NCBI GenBank assembly: GCA_963748815.1 | Contig: CAVVKJ010000005.1 | Location: 192,001-256,000, forward strand | Origin: an uncultured Gemmatimonadales bacterium | GTDB lineage: Bacteria > Gemmatimonadota > Gemmatimonadetes > Gemmatimonadales > GWC2-71-9 | Direction of reading: 5' to 3' | Length of the DNA: 64,000 nt | Part shown: positions 19,172 through 30,237 of the stretch, in pieces | Layout of the letters: each line of letters begins with the position of its first letter | Numbering within the stretch: position 1 is the stretch's first letter | The notes under the pieces: model-generated | Told to the model about the DNA's origin: nothing | Database searches by the model: none | Seen by the model: only the letters and a program-made list of their open reading frames with translations | Translations under genes and position numbers: made by a program

Positions 19172-20862
19172 GTCACGCGGAACCCGCCGACGGCGTTGGT
19201 GAGGCGCTCGGCGGCGTCTGCCAGGTGACCGGCCGAGGAGGCAATCTCCTCGGTGGAGGCGTTGAGCTCCTGGGCGGCGGCCGCGATCTGCTGGGCGGCG
19301 GCCGCATATTCTTCCGTGCCGGCGGACACTTCCTTCATGCGCCCGGCAATCCCGTCAATGAGGATGCGCACGTCGTCGGCCGAGGCGGAAATCGCCTGGG
19401 TCCACTGGTCGTTCGCGTCGGCGTCCTCCGCCACGGTGCGGAGGCCGAGCGCCGCCGCCTGGGCCGCGTCGCGGGCCACGATGCCGCCCTGTGCCAGCCG
19501 GAGCAGCCGCTCCCGGGCGGTGTGCACCCGCGCCAGGACGCTCTGCACCGTCTCGCTGGTGGAGGTGGCCGCCTGCGCCGCCTGGCCCGCCAGCTTCCGC
19601 ACTTCCTCCGCCACCACGCTGAAGCCCCGCCCTTCGCCGCCGGCCCGCGCCGCCTCGATGGCGGCGTTGAGCGCCAGCATGTGCGTCTGCTTGGCGATGG
19701 CCTTGGTCTGCGTGATGAACTTCTCGATTTCCTCCGACGAGGTGGCCAGCAGCTCCGCCTCCTCCGCGCCCAGCTCCACCTCTTCGGTGAGCTTGGCGAG
19801 TTCGGTGGTGCTGCGGTCGAGCTGCTCCCGATGGGAGCGGGCCAGCGCCGCCAGCGCCGCGTTCCGCTGCGCCGCCTGCGTGGCACCCGCCGCCAGCGCC
19901 TCGGCGATGCCGAGAATCTTGCCGGCGTCGTTGGCCGCCAAGCGGACGACCCCGGCCTGCTTGGTGGCGCGGTCGGTCAGGTCGGCGGTGGTGCTCGCCA
20001 CCTCCTGCGTCGAGGCGGACATCTCCTGCGTGGCGGCCGAAATCTGTTCGGCCATGGCGGCGGCCTCACTCGAGGCGCCGCGGATGGCGCCCACCAGGTT
20101 CTGCAGCGCGCCGACCATGGCGGCGATCGCCCGGAGCAGGCGATTTCCCTCCGCCCCCGCCTCGGTGGCTTCCGTGACCGTGGCGCTGAGATTGCCTTGG
20201 GCCACCTGCGTGGCGACTTCCTCGGCAATGAGGAGCGGCCGGAGGATGCGGCGGTCGAGCCAGCGCCCCAGGAGCCAGAGGGTGATGATGCCGCCGACCG
20301 TGAAGATCAGGATGCTGAACAGGACCAGGCTGCCCGTGAGGCTCACCCGCTGGGCCTCGGGGGCGCTGGTCACAATGCGCCAGTTGGAGCCCGCCACCGG
20401 GAGGATGGCGGCGCGCGACGCGACGCCGTTCATGGGCAGTGTCAGCAGCTGCAGCCCGCTCCGGCCGGTGGCGGTCTCCAGCCCGGCGACCTGGGAGCCG
20501 ACGGCCGTGGCCGGGCGGCTGCTCCAGAGGATGGCGCCGTTGCCACCCAGCACGGAAACCTCGACCATGTCGGCCTCGGTCCGGGAGGTGGAGAGCAGCC
20601 GGTCGATCATGGCCGCCGCATCCGCCGACGCAGCCCCGGGCGCGGCCAGCCGCGCCATCGCGCCGGGCTGATACTCCAGCGCCTGTTCGAGCAGCGCCGC
20701 CGAACGGTCCGCCAGGCTCACCAGCCGCTCGTCGAGGCCGCGGCGGAGGTGGCGCGACTCGTTGCCGTTCATGATCCCGGCCATCAGGGCGCCGAAAAGG
20801 ACCAGCACGGCGGTGCCGTACAGGTAGAGGGATCGGGTGAGGTCTTTCCTGACGCCGGCCAT
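19168..20862 (-). CDS. Methyl-accepting chemotaxis-like protein
   Basis: Two TM helices, HAMP (VAQGNLS), signalling hairpin [33 protein letters not shown]. Confidence 0.92.
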   Translation of the reverse strand: MAGVRKDLTRSLYLYGTAVLVLFGALMAGIMNGNESRHLRRGLDERLVSLADRSAALLEQALEYQPGAMARLAAPGAASADAAAMIDRLLSTSRTEADMVEVSVLGGNGAILWSSRPATAVGSQVAGLETATGRSGLQLLTLPMNGVASRAAILPVAGSNWRIVTSAPEAQRVSLTGSLVLFSILIFTVGGIITLWLLGRWLDRRILRPLLIAEEVATQVAQGNLSATVTEATEAGAEGNRLLRAIAAMVGALQNLVGAIRGASSEAAAMAEQISAATQEMSASTQEVASTTADLTDRATKQAGVVRLAANDAGKILGIAEALAAGATQAAQRNAALAALARSHREQLDRSTTELAKLTEEVELGAEEAELLATSSEEIEKFITQTKAIAKQTHMLALNAAIEAARAGGEGRGFSVVAEEVRKLAGQAAQAATSTSETVQSVLARVHTARERLLRLAQGGIVARDAAQAAALGLRTVAEDADANDQWTQAISASADDVRILIDGIAGRMKEVSAGTEEYAAAAQQIAAAAQELNASTEEIASSAGHLADAAERLTNAVGGFRVT

Positions 20863-20943
20863 GGGGCTCCGCTGGCGATGTAAGTGGGGAGTGCATGAAA
20901 ACTTAGGCTTGCCGGCCCCCTCCAGCAAGGCGCGGGGCCGCGC

Positions 20944-20972
20944 TTGGCGCTCTCCCGGGCGGCGGGTAGATT
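20944..20972 (+). promoter_or_regulatory. Putative sigma70 promoter for leuS (very short leader)
   Basis: TTGGCG-N17-TAGATT, ending 9 nt before the ATG. Confidence 0.55.
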
Positions 20973-20981
20973 TCCGCCATC

Positions 20982-23442
<2,461 letters not shown>

Positions 23443-23457
23443 TGGCCTGACCGGTAC

Positions 23458-23483
23458 TGGACCCCGGCTTTCGCCGGGGTGAC
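23458..23483. repeat. 26-bp GTCA/TGGA palindrome
   Basis: tggaccccggctttcgccggggtgac. Confidence 0.92.
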
Positions 23484-23497
23484 GAATCGACGACATC

Positions 23498-23537
23498 CTG
23501 CCCCGCTGCCCCGCTGCCCCGCTGCCCCGCTGCCCCG
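23498..23537 (-). repeat. Octamer tandem repeat (CGGGGCAG)x5
   Basis: ctgccccg x5, 1 nt from the oxidase stop codon. Confidence 0.95.
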
Positions 23538-23538
23538 C

Positions 23539-24686
23539 CTACTGTCTTGGCAGCACCTCGTAGGTCGCTTCCATTCCCATCAGGAGGTGTGGCGCCACAT
23601 GGCAGTGGAAGAGCCACACGCCAGGATTGTCCGGCACCATGTCCGCCACCAGCATCCCCATCGGCAGAAGGGCGGCGACGTCGGTCGTCATGTGGGAGGC
23701 CTGCACCGTGTTGCCATGCCAGTGCGGTGCGTGAATTTCGAAATTGGTGGAGGCCATCAGGTACCAGCGCACCCGCTCCCCCTCCCGCATCGTCAACCCG
23801 GAGAGATTGCCATACAGGAAACCGTTCAAGGTCTCCTTGAAGGCGTACTGTGACTCCGGCCCGACTTCGCGCTCCCCGAAGAGGTGCCCTGGTTCAAATC
23901 CGGCCGGCAGTTTCCCATAGGTCCGGAGGTTTTCCTCCCAGAGCGTGCTGTTTGTCTCGTCAAATTCAAGGAATCCCACCACCAGCTCCCGATCCACGTC
24001 GTCCGGCGTGGCATCGGCGCGTGCGTGCGCGCGCGCCGTGATGATCATGGGGCCCACCAGGCCGGCGTTCACGTCGCCGACTTCCGTGGTGTGGGAGTGA
24101 TACATCCAGAAGGCCGTGCTTCCCTCGTCGTGGGACGGACCGGCGCGCTCCGGCACCGGCCAGGTGTACACATGTCGCCCGCCCGTGGGGACGCCGTCGT
24201 CGGCGCGCTCTGACGCTGCGGTGCCGTCCTCGTACGGCGCCCCTTCCGAATCCTTCAGGTAGAAGACGCCATGCGGGTGCATGCTGGCGGGAAAGCTGGC
24301 ACGGTTGAGAAACACCACCCGGATCGTGTCGCCCACCACCCCGCGGAGCAGCGGCCCCATGATGCCGAGGTGCTCCCACTCGGGGGACGCGGAACCTGGG
24401 TGGTGAAGGTGGAGTCGGTGTATTCCCGATAGATCGCCTTCTTGGCGAGACGACCGACGTGCATATCACCCGCGGTCACGAAGGGCAGCTGGACCTCGTC
24501 CCAGTCGGCGTTGGCAATGAGGCTGCGTCCCGCCGGGGCGTAGTCCCAGACCACCTCGTCCGCCGCGACGTAATACGTGCGGGTCATTGGGCCGACCGTT
24601 CGCTGGCCCGACGGGCTGCACGCGGCAGCGAGGAGGAGCAGCAGGGCAAGCGACTGCACGGCCAAGTGCGATCGGGATCGGGGCAT
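23539..24686 (-). CDS. Two-domain multicopper oxidase lipoprotein, ceruloplasmin/hephaestin-like; frameshift near 24385
   Basis: Lipobox AAAC; RTYYVAADEVVWDYAP, KKAIYREYTD, HPHG, YHSH, HAPHWH, HCHVAPHLLMGM. Confidence 0.9.
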
Positions 24687-24723
24687 GATTCCTCGGCGGG
24701 AAAATGGCATGAAGGAGAGGAAT

Positions 24724-24788
24724 GTCACCCCCGCGAAGCCGGGGGTCCAGTGTCGAGGCTGCTGGATTCCCGCTTGCGCGGGAATGAC
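24724..24788. repeat. Inverted pair of 26-bp GTCA/TGGA palindromes (BIME-like)
   Basis: gtcacccccgcgaagccgggggtcca at 24724-24749 and tggattcccgcttgcgcgggaatgac at 24763-24788. Confidence 0.92.
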
Positions 24789-24804
24789 GCGAATTCAAGC
24801 TTCG

Positions 24805-24845
24805 CTGCCCCGCTGCCCCGCTTCCCCGCTGCCCCGCTGTCCCCG
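24805..24845 (-). repeat. Octamer tandem repeat (CGGGG[C/A]AG)x5
   Basis: ctgccccg/cttccccg units, 1 nt from the VIT1 stop codon. Confidence 0.95.
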
Positions 24846-24846
24846 C

Positions 24847-25971
24847 CTACATCAGCTTCACAATCCAGTCCCCCACGAAATACCCCACCACCGCCACGCC
24901 GAAGCCCACGATCAGCATGTCAAAGCCGCTCCGGGCCACGCCGCGGCCGGTGAAGAAGCTCCGCGCCGCCCCGACGCCGAAATGCGAGAGCATGGCGAGC
25001 GTGAACGAGGTGTAGAGCGCCCACGGCTCGATGCTGATCAGCAGCGGGGCCACCGGGATGAACGCGCCGATCGCGGTGGCCAGTCCGGTCACCCACGCCT
25101 CGCGGAACGGCGTGCTGCTGGCGTCGCCGATCTTCAGTTCCTCCCGCACCTTTTCTTCGAGGGCCTTCTCGGGGTCCGACATGACCTGGCGGGCGAGCTC
25201 GTCGGACTGGTCCTCGGGAATGCCCTTGGCCTGGTAGAGGAGGCTGAGCTCCTCGGTCTCCAGCTCCGGCATGAGGCGGATTTCCTCCCGCTCCATGGCG
25301 ATCTCGTGCTCGTACACCTCGCGCTCGCTCTTGGCGGCCAGGTAGCCGGAGGATCCCATCGACAGCGCATCGGCCACCATCCCAGCCAGCCCGGCCACGA
25401 CCACCGCATGAGAGGCGGTCCCCATCGACTCCGCAGCGCCGACCATCCCGGCGAGGAGGCCGAAATTGGCGGTGAGTCCGTCGTTGAAGCCGTAGACCAC
25501 GTTGCGGAGAAACCCGCCCGCCTGGGTCTTGTGCCACGGTTCGCCCTCGCGGCCGGCGATCTTCGACAGGGTGGTGGCGTGTTCCTTGGACTCGCGAGCG
25601 AGCCGCAGTGCGGTGGGACCGGCGGCGCCGTCGGGAGCGGACTTGTAGAGCTGGAGGTAGCCCTTGACCTCCTGGCCCTCTTCCTCGAGCAGCATCGGGA
25701 GGAGCCATTGGGGCCCGAAGCGCCGGGCCACCCAGGCCATGGTGCGCGCCTTGGCGGAGACGCGCACCTTCGGAATCGTGTGGCCGTGCTCGCCGAGCAG
25801 CTTCTGCCAGGCCGCCACGTGCCGGTTCTCGACCTCGCTGAGCCGGGTGTACAGGGCCGAACGCCTGGGGTCCGGTTCCCCCCGGGCCAGCTCCCGGTAC
25901 AGGAAGGCGGCGTCGGCCTCGTCGGCCAGATGGTGGAGCCAGAGCTTCGGGGCGGGGGAGGGGGGTGGCAT
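24847..25971 (-). CDS. VIT1/CCC1 Fe/Mn transporter with N-terminal ferritin/rubrerythrin-like domain
   Basis: N-terminal DE..LY..ENRH..EE..E..Y..ESKEH; C-terminal RNVVYGFNDGL, ALSMG..YLA..SE, Glu-rich loop, GAFIPVAP. Confidence 0.92.
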   Translation of the reverse strand: MPPPSPAPKLWLHHLADEADAAFLYRELARGEPDPRRSALYTRLSEVENRHVAAWQKLLGEHGHTIPKVRVSAKARTMAWVARRFGPQWLLPMLLEEEGQEVKGYLQLYKSAPDGAAGPTALRLARESKEHATTLSKIAGREGEPWHKTQAGGFLRNVVYGFNDGLTANFGLLAGMVGAAESMGTASHAVVVAGLAGMVADALSMGSSGYLAAKSEREVYEHEIAMEREEIRLMPELETEELSLLYQAKGIPEDQSDELARQVMSDPEKALEEKVREELKIGDASSTPFREAWVTGLATAIGAFIPVAPLLISIEPWALYTSFTLAMLSHFGVGAARSFFTGRGVARSGFDMLIVGFGVAVVGYFVGDWIVKLM

Positions 25972-26014
25972 CGGCGTAAGATAAGAGCTTCGCGCCTGGT
26001 TTGAGGAATGAGAC

Positions 26015-26182
26015 AGAGGACTTGGGACTTGGAGGGGCGAAAAGCCGAAAGAAGCTGGGGGATCGGATCAGGTACCAGATCGTAATACGTTGACTCATAT
26101 TGACTTACTGAAGTTCGACTCACTCCTGCCGCTCCTCCTTCCGCCTTTCTCCTGCCGCCCCTCCAAGTCCTGAAGTCCCTCT
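26015..26182. repeat. Inverted pair of GGACTTG-type repeats flanking an AT-richer core
   Basis: agaggacttgggacttggaggggcg at 26015-26039; cgcccctccaagtcctgaagtccctct at 26156-26182. Confidence 0.75.
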
Positions 26183-26208
26183 TCTCCTTCGTCCCTCCGC
26201 CCTCCCCC

Positions 26209-26235
26209 TGCAACCATCCGCTCCATCCCTGCATC
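26209..26235 (+). promoter_or_regulatory. Putative ECF (autoregulatory) promoter
   Basis: TGCAAC-N16-GCATC, 12 nt before the ECF sigma ATG. Confidence 0.5.
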
Positions 26236-26247
26236 TTTAAGGGACCT

Positions 26248-26802
26248 ATGACAAAGGCACTGGCAGTGGACTCCTATCTCGCAGGCGACGCCGAATCGGT
26301 GGTCGCGCGGGTGCGGGTGGGCGATCCGGCCGCGCTGGAGATCCTCTACCGCGCCTACGAGACCCCCGTCTTCAACCTGGCACGGCGGATCTGTCGCACC
26401 GTGGAAGACGCCGAGGATGTCCTCCAGGAGACCTTCTTCGAGGTCTATCGGAGCATCGGTCAGTATCGGGGAGACGGGCCGCTCTGGGGCTGGGTTCGCC
26501 GGGTGGCGTCCAGCAAGGCGCTGATGCGGCTCCGCCGGAACAAGTACCGGGATACCGACGAGCTCTTCGACGAGGCGCATGCGAGCAGGCGGGACGACAC
26601 CCCCCTCCGCATGGACCTCGAAGCCGCGCTGGAACGCCTGCCAGAAACTTCGCGCGCCGTGGTCTGGCTCCACGACGTCGAGGGATATACCCACGAAGAA
26701 ATCGCCGAAATGATGGACCGGACACCGAGCTTCTCGAAGTCCCAGCTCGCGCGCGCGCACGCCAAGCTGCGGGTCTGGCTCGGCGAGGAGGCGCGGGCAT
26801 GA
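26248..26802 (+). CDS. ECF RNA polymerase sigma factor
   Basis: DAEDVLQETF region 2; LERLP..R.VVWLHDVEGYTHEEIA region 4. Confidence 0.95.
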   Translation: MTKALAVDSYLAGDAESVVARVRVGDPAALEILYRAYETPVFNLARRICRTVEDAEDVLQETFFEVYRSIGQYRGDGPLWGWVRRVASSKALMRLRRNKYRDTDELFDEAHASRRDDTPLRMDLEAALERLPETSRAVVWLHDVEGYTHEEIAEMMDRTPSFSKSQLARAHAKLRVWLGEEARA

Positions 26803-27401
26803 TGCACCTGACGATGGAGCAGCTCGTGGCCCTCCGCGACGCCGGCAGCGAGCCGGGCAGCGCCGAGAGCCAGGCCCACATCCGGGCCTGCGCCCAGTGC
26901 GCCGCCGAGCTCGACCGGCTGCATCAGCGGGTGGCGCGGCTCCGGGCCCTGCCGACGCTGCGCCCGCCCCGCGACCGGTTTGCCGCGGTGGCGGCCCGGG
27001 TACGGCACGACCGGAGGCAGGTCTACCTCCGACGCGGCGGCATCGGCGCGCTGGCGCTCGCGGCCTCTCTCCTGTTGGTGGTGGTGGGGCGCGATCTCCT
27101 GGCGCCCCAGACCGCCGCTGCCTCCGATCAGCTTACGGCGGTCATGGCCGAGTCGGCCACGCTGGAGCAGGCCCTGCGGCAGCTCCGGAGCAGCCAGCAG
27201 GTGACGGATGCGTACACCACGCGCGCCGCCAGCACCATCGAGGACCGCATTGCCGAGCTCGACCACGAGCTGGAAGCGGCGCAGATGCGCGGCCGCGCCG
27301 GTGCCAGCACCGAGCTCCTTCCGCTCTGGCGGGAACGGGTCGGGCTGATGGATGCGCTGGTCGACGTGCACCTGACGCGCGCGCACAACGTGGGGCTCTG
27401 A
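26799..27401 (+). CDS. Zinc-binding anti-sigma factor (ZAS) with one TM helix
   Basis: HL.....L...HIRACAQC (Hx3Cx2C), TM ALAASLLLVVVG. ATGA overlap with the sigma gene. Confidence 0.85.
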   Translation: MMHLTMEQLVALRDAGSEPGSAESQAHIRACAQCAAELDRLHQRVARLRALPTLRPPRDRFAAVAARVRHDRRQVYLRRGGIGALALAASLLLVVVGRDLLAPQTAAASDQLTAVMAESATLEQALRQLRSSQQVTDAYTTRAASTIEDRIAELDHELEAAQMRGRAGASTELLPLWRERVGLMDALVDVHLTRAHNVGL

Positions 27402-28405
27402 TGTTTGCCCGCCGGTTTGTTCCGCTGGTCCCCCTGAGTCTCGTTCTCGCGTCTGTCTTGCCCCTTGCCGCCCAGACGACTCCGGCTCCACGCGCCCCCA
27501 AGCCGATGCGGACAGATTCGATGGTGGTGGTGACGGATTCGATGCGCGTCCGCTTCGACACCTTTCGCACCCGCGCCTACTTCTTCCGCGACTCGATGCA
27601 GCCGATGATGGCCCAGGCGTTCGCCACTCGGCGGGTGCGCATCGGAGTCGTCGTCAACACGCAGCCCTCCGAGTCCGATTCCATCGGGGCGCTGCTCGAC
27701 GCCGTCACGCCGGGGGGGCCCGCCGCGACGGCCGGGCTCCGGGCAGGCGACATCCTCACCGTCTTCGGCCCGACGCCGCTGGTGACCCCGCTCTCGAAAG
27801 TCCCTCCGGGCACCCGGGTGCCCAGCCCCGGGTTCAAGTTGATCGAGCTGGTGGCCAAACTGCCGCCCAACGACACCGTCCCGGTGGAGTACCGCCGCGG
27901 AAACAAGTCCATGAAGACGAAGGTGGTCACGGCGGCGGTGCCGGAGAATCTTTCTGTCGTGGTCGGCCCGGGCGGGAACTACGGATTCCAGGCCATGCCC
28001 GGCGGGGAAGCGTACTGGGTGGGGCCGGAGAGCGACCAGAGTCAGCGTGCCCTCGAACTGGCGCTCCTCCGGAGCGAGGCGGTCAGGGGATCGCGGGACA
28101 ACATGGAAATGACGTTCTCACTCTCCATGGGCGGCGCGCTCCGCGACCTTGAACTGGCGCCGGTCAACCCGCAGCTCGGCAGCTACTTCGGGACCACGGA
28201 AGGGGTCCTCGTCGTCAATGTGCCTGATCCGTCCCCCCTGGGTCTCAAGGCGGGCGATGTCGTGCTGGCGGTCGATGGGCGGGAGGTGTCCAGCCCGCGG
28301 CAACTGATGCGCGTGCTGGCCAGCTACGAGCCGGGTGAGGCGCTCAAGCTCGAGGTGATGCGGCAGAAGAAGCGCGTCACCCTGAAGGGGACGCTGGGAC
28401 GCTAG
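27401..28405 (+). CDS. Exported double-PDZ protein (no protease domain seen)
   Basis: Signal peptide; AVTPGGPAATAGLRAGDIL and GVLVVNV...GLKAGDVVLAVDG. Confidence 0.85.
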   Translation: MFARRFVPLVPLSLVLASVLPLAAQTTPAPRAPKPMRTDSMVVVTDSMRVRFDTFRTRAYFFRDSMQPMMAQAFATRRVRIGVVVNTQPSESDSIGALLDAVTPGGPAATAGLRAGDILTVFGPTPLVTPLSKVPPGTRVPSPGFKLIELVAKLPPNDTVPVEYRRGNKSMKTKVVTAAVPENLSVVVGPGGNYGFQAMPGGEAYWVGPESDQSQRALELALLRSEAVRGSRDNMEMTFSLSMGGALRDLELAPVNPQLGSYFGTTEGVLVVNVPDPSPLGLKAGDVVLAVDGREVSSPRQLMRVLASYEPGEALKLEVMRQKKRVTLKGTLGR

Positions 28406-28644
28406 GCGGGTGGGGCGGGGGAGAAGAGGTAGGTCTCCATCTGTTCGAACAGGAACTTCTTGGCCTCCGGGCTTCGCAGATCCAGGCCGTAATGGTTGAT
28501 GAGCTGCTGCTGATACTTCAGCCACTCACCCCAGCATACGGCGCAGATCTGTTCGAAGGCACGGAGGCCAAGGTCGTTCTGGAAGGGCCGGAAGGCCATC
28601 TGGTCGCGGGTCTGGCCGCAACGCGCACAGGATACGGTCGCCAT
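28402..28644 (-). CDS. yggX: Fe(II)-trafficking / oxidative damage protection protein (YggX family)
   Basis: MATVSC..., PF..DLG....QIC..CW.EWL.YQ..LIN.YGL......FL..QM..YLF. Confidence 0.85.
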   Translation of the reverse strand: MATVSCARCGQTRDQMAFRPFQNDLGLRAFEQICAVCWGEWLKYQQQLINHYGLDLRSPEAKKFLFEQMETYLFSPAPPA

Positions 28645-28672
28645 GCTCCCAAGATATCGGGGGACGGCTGGC

Positions 28673-28941
28673 CTAGCCATCTCCCCGGCGGAGCGCCTTG
28701 ACCCCGCTGGCGGTGCCGACGCCCGGCGCCGATCCCGAAGATGGCGGCGGTCACCGTCGGTCACGATGGGGAGCAGCGCGACCGGCAAGGCCACGACCGC
28801 GGCGATCAATCCCGCGGCAAAGGGGAAGACCGGGTTGTAGACGCCGTCCACGAACCGGAGACGACGGCGGACGAAATTCCTGGCGATGGCAAAGCCGCCG
28901 ACGGCGGCCGCGACGGTCACGGCAAGGGCGATGAGGCCCAT
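28673..28941 (-). CDS. Small membrane protein (about 90 aa); frameshift(s) near 28725-28760
   Basis: Hydrophobic MGLIALAVTVAAAVGG..FVRRRLRFVD..; ends GTASGVKALRRGDG* in another frame. GAGG RBS. Confidence 0.65.
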
Positions 28942-28972
28942 ATGTTCCTCTGAGGTTGTGGGCTTGTTTCAG

Positions 28973-28999
28973 TACGGAACATCTAGATGGGATGTTTCA
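28973..28999 (-). promoter_or_regulatory. Putative ECF promoter
   Basis: TGAAAC-N17-CGTA on the minus strand; the spacer contains the palindrome CATCTAGATG (28980-28989). Confidence 0.6.
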
Positions 29000-29017
29000 G
29001 GCGGTATTTCCGGTCCC

Positions 29018-29087
29018 GTCACCCCGGCGAACGCCGGGGTCCAAGGTGCTTCACGCCAACATGGATCCCGGCTTGCGCCGGGATGAC
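29018..29087. repeat. Inverted pair of 26-bp GTCA/TGGA palindromes
   Basis: gtcaccccggcgaacgccggggtcca at 29018-29043 and tggatcccggcttgcgccgggatgac at 29062-29087. Confidence 0.92.
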
Positions 29088-29110
29088 AGCTGTCCACCCT
29101 TTCGGTCCCG

Positions 29111-29150
29111 CTTCCCCGCTTCCCCGCTTCCCCGCTGCCCCGCTGCCCCC
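29111..29150 (-). repeat. Octamer tandem repeat (CGGGG[A/C]AG)x5
   Basis: cttccccg x3, ctgccccg and ctgccccc, abutting the fabH stop codon. Confidence 0.95.
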
Positions 29151-30148
29151 TACCACCGAATCACGCAACTCCCCCACATGAACCCCGACCCGAAGGCCGT
29201 CAACACCAGCAGGTCTCCCCGCTTGAGGCGGCCGCTCCGCACGCATTCGTCGAGCGCGATCGGGATCGTGGCCGACGTCGTATTCCCGTACCGCATGATG
29301 TTGTTGTAGACCTGGTCGTCCCGGAGCTTCAAGGACTTCTGGACCGCCTCCGAGATCCGGAGATTGGCCTGGTGCGGGATCAGGAGGTTGACGTCGCCCC
29401 ACGTATAGCCGGCCTTGGTGACCGCCGTGGTGGCTGACTCGGGCATCTTCGTGACGGCGTGCCGGAAGACATCGCGCCCGTCCATCGAGAGCCACTGCTT
29501 CCCCGCTTCAAGTTGCCCGGCGGATATCCGGGGGTGGTACATCGATCCCGGGACGTCCACCCACAGCTTCTCGGCGTAATCCCCGTCGGTGTGCAGGTCG
29601 AAGCAGAGCACGCCGCGATTCTCGGACGCATCGACCGGGCCGAGCACCGCCGCGCCGGCGCCGTCGGCGAAAATCACGGCGGTATGCCTGCCTTCGGTGC
29701 TCAAGTCCATCCCGGTCGACTGGATCTCCTCTCCCACCAGGAGAATCCGGTCGTACTGACCGGACCGGATCCACGCGTCCGCCACCGAGAGCCCGTACAC
29801 GAAGCCGCTGCACTGGGTGCGGATGTCGAGCGCCGGGAGGTTGCCGGCGCCGAGTGCGCGCTGGAGGTAGACCCCGTTCCCGGGGCAAAAGTGATCGGGC
29901 GTCGAGGTGGCGAAGACGATGGCGTCCAGGTCGGTGGGCTTCAGCCCGGCCGCTTCCAGCGCCTGCCGGGCGGCGGGGAGCGCCAGGTCCACCGAAGTCT
30001 GGCCCTCGCGCACCCAGCGGCGCTCCTCGATGCCCGTTCGTTCGCGAATCCACTGGTCCGAAGTGTCCATGAGGCCCGCGAGGTCGTCGTTGGTGACGAC
30101 GCGGTCAGGAACGCAGAAGCCGGTGCCCAGAATGGCCGAACGACGCAC
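29150..30148 (-). CDS. fabH: 3-oxoacyl-ACP synthase III
   Basis: DTSDQWIRERTGI, QCSGF (Cys), FADGAGA, PHQAN.RI, GNTTSA, FGSG. Confidence 0.95.
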   Translation of the reverse strand: MRRSAILGTGFCVPDRVVTNDDLAGLMDTSDQWIRERTGIEERRWVREGQTSVDLALPAARQALEAAGLKPTDLDAIVFATSTPDHFCPGNGVYLQRALGAGNLPALDIRTQCSGFVYGLSVADAWIRSGQYDRILLVGEEIQSTGMDLSTEGRHTAVIFADGAGAAVLGPVDASENRGVLCFDLHTDGDYAEKLWVDVPGSMYHPRISAGQLEAGKQWLSMDGRDVFRHAVTKMPESATTAVTKAGYTWGDVNLLIPHQANLRISEAVQKSLKLRDDQVYNNIMRYGNTTSATIPIALDECVRSGRLKRGDLLVLTAFGSGFMWGSCVIRW

Positions 30149-30237
30149 GGAACCTCCGGGAGGAAATGGATGCTCCCCCAATGTTGGGGCGGAAAAATGA
30201 GGGACGCAAGCGGAGGCCGCCCGAGCGGCCGGGGGCG

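Noticed and set aside
18061..20883. 940-aa aminotransferase fusion
   Set aside because: Artefact of the frameshift near 18860, which reads into the antisense of the chemoreceptor gene; the real C-terminus ends at 19171.
28402..28941. Membrane protein-YggX fusion (179 aa)
   Set aside because: Frameshift artefact; the membrane protein has a natural stop at 28673 and yggX has its own -10 element and ATG.
23458..29150. Palindromes and tandem repeats as a CRISPR array
   Set aside because: The copies are dispersed, lack regular unique spacers, and no cas genes are present.
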